IMG/VR virus record: IMGVR_UViG_3300035698_016988
Coordinates: 10,622-74,621 of that record
Direction: 5' to 3' (one strand)
Length of the DNA: 64,000 nucleotides
Source: a virus
Under the pieces are notes generated by a model, which was not told the DNA's origin, made no database searches, and saw only the letters and a list, made by a program, of their open reading frames with translations. Every line of letters begins with the position of its first letter. The stretch's first letter is position 1. Of the stretch, positions 59,654 through 64,000 are shown piece after piece. A program made the translations under genes and the position numbers.

Positions 59654-60222
59654 TGGCAAAAGACAAAAAGAAGAAAAAGAAAAGTATAGAGAACGATATA
59701 GAGAAGGCTGCACCGGCGATCGTTCCTGGGCATGAACAAGCTGCTCTCGCTTCTACTAAACCGATTATAGAAGAAATACGAAAACGAGAAATTGACTACA
59801 TGCGTCAGGCAGTTACGCCCGAAATGAAAGAGGCCTTGACGGATTGGGTATCAGCAGTTAATCTCGGCAAAGCATATGATTATGTGATGCATATTGATGA
59901 AAAAAGTAATCCGGATTGGATGAATAACTACAGAACGTCGACTGCATTGCAATTCATGGCTGGTGTATTCATAAAAACCGGTTTGTCAAAAGAACGGGTT
60001 TATGCAATTATGAATGATGAAGAAAAAGTGGTTGTTCAAACGGAATCTGAATTCAATGAAACCGTGTCCGTGTTAGCAGAAACAAAAATTCAACTTCAGA
60101 AAGCCAGACTGACAAATAACGGTCTTATGAGGATAGTAACTGATCTCGAAGACTTTAAAGGCAAGGTTCGTTTTGCTAGTTTTTGGATGCGTCTCAAATA
60201 TCTGTTTAAAGGAGAAATTTAA
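59653..60222 (+). CDS. Hypothetical protein
   Basis: ORF track; translationally coupled to folE. Confidence 0.6.
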   Translation: MAKDKKKKKKSIENDIEKAAPAIVPGHEQAALASTKPIIEEIRKREIDYMRQAVTPEMKEALTDWVSAVNLGKAYDYVMHIDEKSNPDWMNNYRTSTALQFMAGVFIKTGLSKERVYAIMNDEEKVVVQTESEFNETVSVLAETKIQLQKARLTNNGLMRIVTDLEDFKGKVRFASFWMRLKYLFKGEI

Positions 60223-60444
60223 ATGTTCGGTGCCGTTGTTGGTGATGTTATTGGTTCGCAATACGAATTCAATAACGTGAAAACAAAAGACTTTCCGTTA
60301 TGCAATGGCCGGATCGTTGGCTGAGTGCGTCTACGAAATTCCAAAAGAAATTAAAGAATTCACCCGGCAACGACTAACCCCCCGGAATTCGAAGAAATTT
60401 TAACACGATTTGCAAAGGAAAGGCCGATACAAATATGGCTATAA
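60223..60444 (+). pseudogene. Internally deleted ADP-ribosylglycohydrolase (DraG/ARH) remnant
   Basis: MFGAVVGDVIGSQYEFNNVKTKDFPL joined out of frame to AMAGSLAECVYEIPKEI. Confidence 0.7.
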
Positions 60445-60878
60445 GCTACACACATGAACAATTCAAAGGCGACATTATTGAAATGGCTAGACAGATGCAT
60501 CGGGATAATTTCTTCCCTGATGTCGTCGCAGGAATCAGCCGCGGAGGTTTGGTCCCAGCAGTTTATTTCGGACAATGGTTCCAAGTTCCGGTCGTCGAAA
60601 TTAGATGCTCCCTTAGAGACCAAAAAGAAGATGTGAATCTTTACCATCTGAGAAAGAACGTAGGCAAAAAAATTCTGGTCGTCGATGATATTATTGACGG
60701 CGGCGAAACTATGCGTCGGGTAAACGAACACGATTTCTTAGGTCGACAGAAATTTGCTAGCATGTGGTTAAACACTGCACAAGATTTCTCACCTAATTAT
60801 TACGCACGTGAAATCAACCGCCTAGAAGACGAAAGTTGGATTAATTTTCCTTGGGAGAACTTCTGGATTAGTGCTTGA
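60435..60878 (+). CDS. Purine phosphoribosyltransferase (Gpt/Hpt-like)
   Basis: GISRGGLVPA, ILVVDDIIDGGETM PRPP-binding loop, WINFPWE. Confidence 0.88.
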   Translation: MAISYTHEQFKGDIIEMARQMHRDNFFPDVVAGISRGGLVPAVYFGQWFQVPVVEIRCSLRDQKEDVNLYHLRKNVGKKILVVDDIIDGGETMRRVNEHDFLGRQKFASMWLNTAQDFSPNYYAREINRLEDESWINFPWENFWISA

Positions 60879-60902
60879 CATTTGTCAACTTGATGTTATC
60901 TT
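60875..60902 (+). promoter_or_regulatory. Sigma70-type early promoter
   Basis: TTGACA-N16-TATCTT with extended TG; leader TGAGGAACAGGAGTT shared with 17564. Confidence 0.6.
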
Positions 60903-60933
60903 ATACAGACAATGAGGAACAGGAGTTACCCAA

Positions 60934-61272
60934 ATGAAAATTCGTTTTAAATGGTATACGAACAGTTTAAACGAGCGTATTGGTGACGTGGTTTTGGTCT
61001 ATGGTTACTGGAATTTCGAGCGTTGCGTTGGTAAGCTGTCCCAACCGAAATCCAACTTAACTGAGGCCGTTGTTGATTATGACGGCATATTGGTTAAACT
61101 GGCCGGTTCGAAGATGGGTGAGTTGAAAAATGAAATTCTGAATCGGTTACTTGATCGCGACAACGAAATGATTACGGTGAAGAATTGTTTGACCGACACA
61201 GAGTGCCAAATCCGCAGGGGCGACCGTGGAACGGTTTGCGATCCTAGCACAGAACGTTTTTACACTTTCTAA
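60934..61272 (+). CDS. Hypothetical early protein
   Basis: RBS and promoter upstream. Confidence 0.6.
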   Translation: MKIRFKWYTNSLNERIGDVVLVYGYWNFERCVGKLSQPKSNLTEAVVDYDGILVKLAGSKMGELKNEILNRLLDRDNEMITVKNCLTDTECQIRRGDRGTVCDPSTERFYTF

Positions 61273-61278
61273 TGAATA

Positions 61279-61335
61279 TTTGGTCACAATACCTTTTTAA
61301 GAAATGGTTAGCTATTTTTAGGTATTGTGACCAAA
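61279..61335. repeat. 16-bp perfect inverted repeat
   Basis: TTTGGTCACAATACCT / AGGTATTGTGACCAAA. Confidence 0.85.
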
Positions 61336-62661
61336 ATTCCTGTAATCCGACTCCCAAATTGAAACAACATTGAACCCGGCCTCGTGTAGATTAGATTCTT
61401 TTTCTTTGGTTTTTTGATAAAGAACGCCGAAAGAACATTTTGTGACCGGATTTATTTCTTCCGAATCGTATTTCTTAGGATTTCCGTGCCAATAATCACC
61501 GTTGAATTCGTAAACGGTATTGGTCTTTGGGTCGAACCCATCTACGAAATAATTCTTTTTCCCGATTTTGATTTTCCATTGTCGGTATTTAGAAGGAATT
61601 TCAAAACTGTCTAACCATTCAGATTCGATTTTAGATTTTCCGGTTTTAGTGCAACCCGGACAGCATATTTTATTTGCAAAAACTCTGATAATTTTTTTCT
61701 TAAAAATTCCGTGATTCAAACATTCGAGTTTGATTTCATCAAATATACTAAATTCCCCCGTCGAAACCAGACTTATATTTTCAAAATTATTGACAAGAAA
61801 TTGGGTTATTTCGGTGTCTTTTACAATCCGGGTTGATCGCTTAATATGTTGTTCTTTTTTACATTCAGGGCACGTTTCTTTGGTTGTATTCAAAAGATGT
61901 TGGTTAGCCTTTTGGTCAAACCATAATTGGTGGTTTTTACAGAAAATTTGAACAGTGCCTGTTATTTTTGAATAAGATGACTCTAAATAAGAAAATGTTC
62001 TTCCGTGCCTTTTGATAGCCCGTTTTAGATATTCTTGAAAATCAATTGCTTTGTCTGCGTTTGAGCATTTCCTACAAAGAGTTCGATCTCTTTTGATCAT
62101 TTTTTTGGGATCAGCACAATATACTCCGTGGTTCGGGCACGAGATTTGAATAGTTGATCCCTTTTTGAAATCGTAATTTGATAAATCGTATTCGAAAATT
62201 GGTTCGATACGTCGAAGTCGCGTTATCATTTCATTCTTTTTTTCTTCTAATTCACACTTAGGACAACCTCGACCTTTAAGATGAAGATATAAACTGGCAT
62301 TGAATTTTCCGTGCCTGCTGCATTCCAAATTAAGATTACCGGAACTTATTTCAGATTCTTCGTATTGAAATTTACCATGGATCGATTTCAACTTTTTGAT
62401 GATTGAATAAATTTCGTTTCCATTTGACTTTCGAATTTTCGCAGCTGTTTTCTGACTTGCCGATTTTCTGCCGCAATCAGGACACCCGCACCCGATTACA
62501 TGGTCGTTTGCAATTTGTTCGAAAATTCCGTGATCTGGGCAAATTATTTGAACTTTTTGTCGCCAACCGGTATATTCTTTTATAAGAGAGTAATCATATC
62601 TACTCTTATGTTTTTCTTTTGCTTTCTCTTTCCATTCTTCGGTAGTTCTTTTCCTAGGCAT
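61318..62661 (-). CDS. Homing-type endonuclease with repeated Zn-binding CxxHG...CxxC modules and a Vsr/DUF559-like nuclease domain
   Basis: CPDHG, CSRHG, CPNHG, CKNH and CLNHG repeats; VDGFD...YEFNGDYWHGNP...IWESD; TATAAATA on the minus strand at 62691-62698. Confidence 0.8.
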   Translation of the reverse strand: MPRKRTTEEWKEKAKEKHKSRYDYSLIKEYTGWRQKVQIICPDHGIFEQIANDHVIGCGCPDCGRKSASQKTAAKIRKSNGNEIYSIIKKLKSIHGKFQYEESEISSGNLNLECSRHGKFNASLYLHLKGRGCPKCELEEKKNEMITRLRRIEPIFEYDLSNYDFKKGSTIQISCPNHGVYCADPKKMIKRDRTLCRKCSNADKAIDFQEYLKRAIKRHGRTFSYLESSYSKITGTVQIFCKNHQLWFDQKANQHLLNTTKETCPECKKEQHIKRSTRIVKDTEITQFLVNNFENISLVSTGEFSIFDEIKLECLNHGIFKKKIIRVFANKICCPGCTKTGKSKIESEWLDSFEIPSKYRQWKIKIGKKNYFVDGFDPKTNTVYEFNGDYWHGNPKKYDSEEINPVTKCSFGVLYQKTKEKESNLHEAGFNVVSIWESDYRNFGHNT

Positions 62662-62700
62662 CCTGTAATCCTTTTTATTCCTTACCCTTGTATTTATAAA

Positions 62701-62729
62701 TTGACATTCGAGTTCGTTTACTTTATGAT
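62701..62729 (+). promoter_or_regulatory. Sigma70-type promoter for queE
   Basis: TTGACA-N17-TATGAT. Confidence 0.75.
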
Positions 62730-62786
62730 AAGATATGATTTGTAATAAATGTGGAAAAAGATATGATTTGTAATAAATGTGGAAAA
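62730..62786 (+). repeat. 28-bp tandem duplication
   Basis: AAGATATGATTTGTAATAAATGTGGAAA x2. Confidence 0.9.
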
Positions 62787-62789
62787 GAA

Positions 62790-63698
62790 ATGAACGAGAA
62801 AAAATATCGTTACTCTGAAATTTTCGGAGATACTGTGCAAGGCGAAGGTCATTATACCGGTGTTCCTACAGTGTGGCTACGTTTCTGGGGATGCAACTTC
62901 AATTGTCAGGGATTTGGTCAGAAAGATCCAACTGATCCCAAAACTTGGGTGACCGAATACGCTGATTTGGATATATCCGGATACAAGTCAATGCATGAGC
63001 TGCCGATCCTAAGGTTTGGTTGTGACTCTGCATATTCGTGGGCAAAGAAATTCTCCCATTTGGCAAAACAAGAGACCGCCGCTGAGATTTGTGATCGGCT
63101 CGAAGATCTTCTGAGAAACGAACGAAACCCGGACGGTAAGTTTATACACCCGGTGTCGGGACAGGCTACTCATATGGCGTTTACTGGCGGCGAGCCTATG
63201 ATGAATCAATCAGCGATGGTTGACATCATTAATGAGTTCAAAGCACGCGGTAATGTCCCGCCGAATGTTACCGTTGAGACAAACGGCACGATTCCTTTGC
63301 GTGACAACGTGAGAAAACTGATTTTTGACAATTATGCTAATCATCCAGATATTGATGAATGGTTTTGGTCGTGCAGTCCCAAACTATCAGCCTCCGGTGA
63401 GCCTTGGGAAAAGGCGATTAACCCTGATATTCTTTCGGCGTATAATACGTGTTCAAAGCAAGGTCAGTTGAAATATGTAGTTGACGGGACTGAAAAGAGT
63501 TGGGATGAAGTAGAAAAAGCTACTAAACTTTATCGTGCAAAAGGCATTTTATGGCCGGTTTGGATTATGCCAGTTGGGTCTGCTGGCGATCAGCAAGAAG
63601 AAATACAGGCAGAAGTTTGCGAAGAAACCACACGCCGTGGATATAACTTTGCAGCTCGGGTTCATTCTTGGCTATTCGGTAACAGAATGGGAAAGTGA
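62790..63698 (+). CDS. queE: 7-carboxy-7-deazaguanine synthase (radical SAM)
   Basis: SEIFGDTVQGEG, RFWGCNFNC...CDS, FTGGEP, VETNGT, CSPKL, RVH. Confidence 0.9.
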   Translation: MNEKKYRYSEIFGDTVQGEGHYTGVPTVWLRFWGCNFNCQGFGQKDPTDPKTWVTEYADLDISGYKSMHELPILRFGCDSAYSWAKKFSHLAKQETAAEICDRLEDLLRNERNPDGKFIHPVSGQATHMAFTGGEPMMNQSAMVDIINEFKARGNVPPNVTVETNGTIPLRDNVRKLIFDNYANHPDIDEWFWSCSPKLSASGEPWEKAINPDILSAYNTCSKQGQLKYVVDGTEKSWDEVEKATKLYRAKGILWPVWIMPVGSAGDQQEEIQAEVCEETTRRGYNFAARVHSWLFGNRMGK

Positions 63699-63699
63699 T

Positions 63700-63888
63700 A
63701 TGAAAACAGATTGGGAAGAAAAACTGCGTATTGATAATTTACTAGCTGATGCAATTAAATCTGCAGAAGAACTCGCAACCATCCGTGAACGCATGCGTTG
63801 TGCTGAAATAGCTAGAACTCAATTTCTAATCACACCAAACGGAAAAGATTGCGGCGAGGCTATCGCAAAGAAAATAGAAAATGTCTGA
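63700..63888 (+). CDS. Hypothetical protein
   Basis: ATG directly after the queE stop. Confidence 0.5.
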   Translation: MKTDWEEKLRIDNLLADAIKSAEELATIRERMRCAEIARTQFLITPNGKDCGEAIAKKIENV

Positions 63889-64000
63889 TTTAGATGAAAC
63901 TTTGAAAATGCTAAAACGTCTCGCAGCGTCGGTTAATCATACCATAATTGAAGACGAAGTGGCGTTGCTTTTGAAAAAGAGAAAACTTGAAAGAAAGAAA
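63881..64000 (+). CDS. Hypothetical protein, truncated by the window edge
   Basis: MSDLDETLKMLKRLAAS... open to the end of the window. Confidence 0.4.
   Translation, partial: MSDLDETLKMLKRLAASVNHTIIEDEVALLLKKRKLERKK

Overview
This window comes from a large T4-like (Tevenvirinae-related, jumbo-type) myophage using the standard genetic code. In order it contains: a minus-strand baseplate/tail operon (giant truncated structural ORF, then gp6, gp25, gp5, hub, gp53 and gp48/54-like genes); late sigma factor gp55 with gp47/gp46; endonuclease VII; a 292-aa late gene with a TnpB/Cas12f-like WED-REC pattern but no RuvC, followed by a ~650-nt promoter-driven, highly structured non-coding region with an internal mini-repeat array; a gp26/gp51-like chaperone pair joined by a predicted -1 frameshift; a tape-measure-like gene; the head module (gp20, gp21, gp22, gp23); accessory genes (PAAR-peptidase M15 fusion, NTase/ligase/kinase/phosphoesterase cluster, vWA, macrodomain, Rmf-like); type II topoisomerase; a family B DNA polymerase fractured by a cysteine-free split intein with an intervening endonuclease gene; the sliding clamp; and a 7-deazaguanine DNA-modification cluster (dpdA-like, queD, folE, queE) interleaved with two glycosyltransferases and a PRTase. 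All family assignments come from motif recognition by eye; no searches were run.
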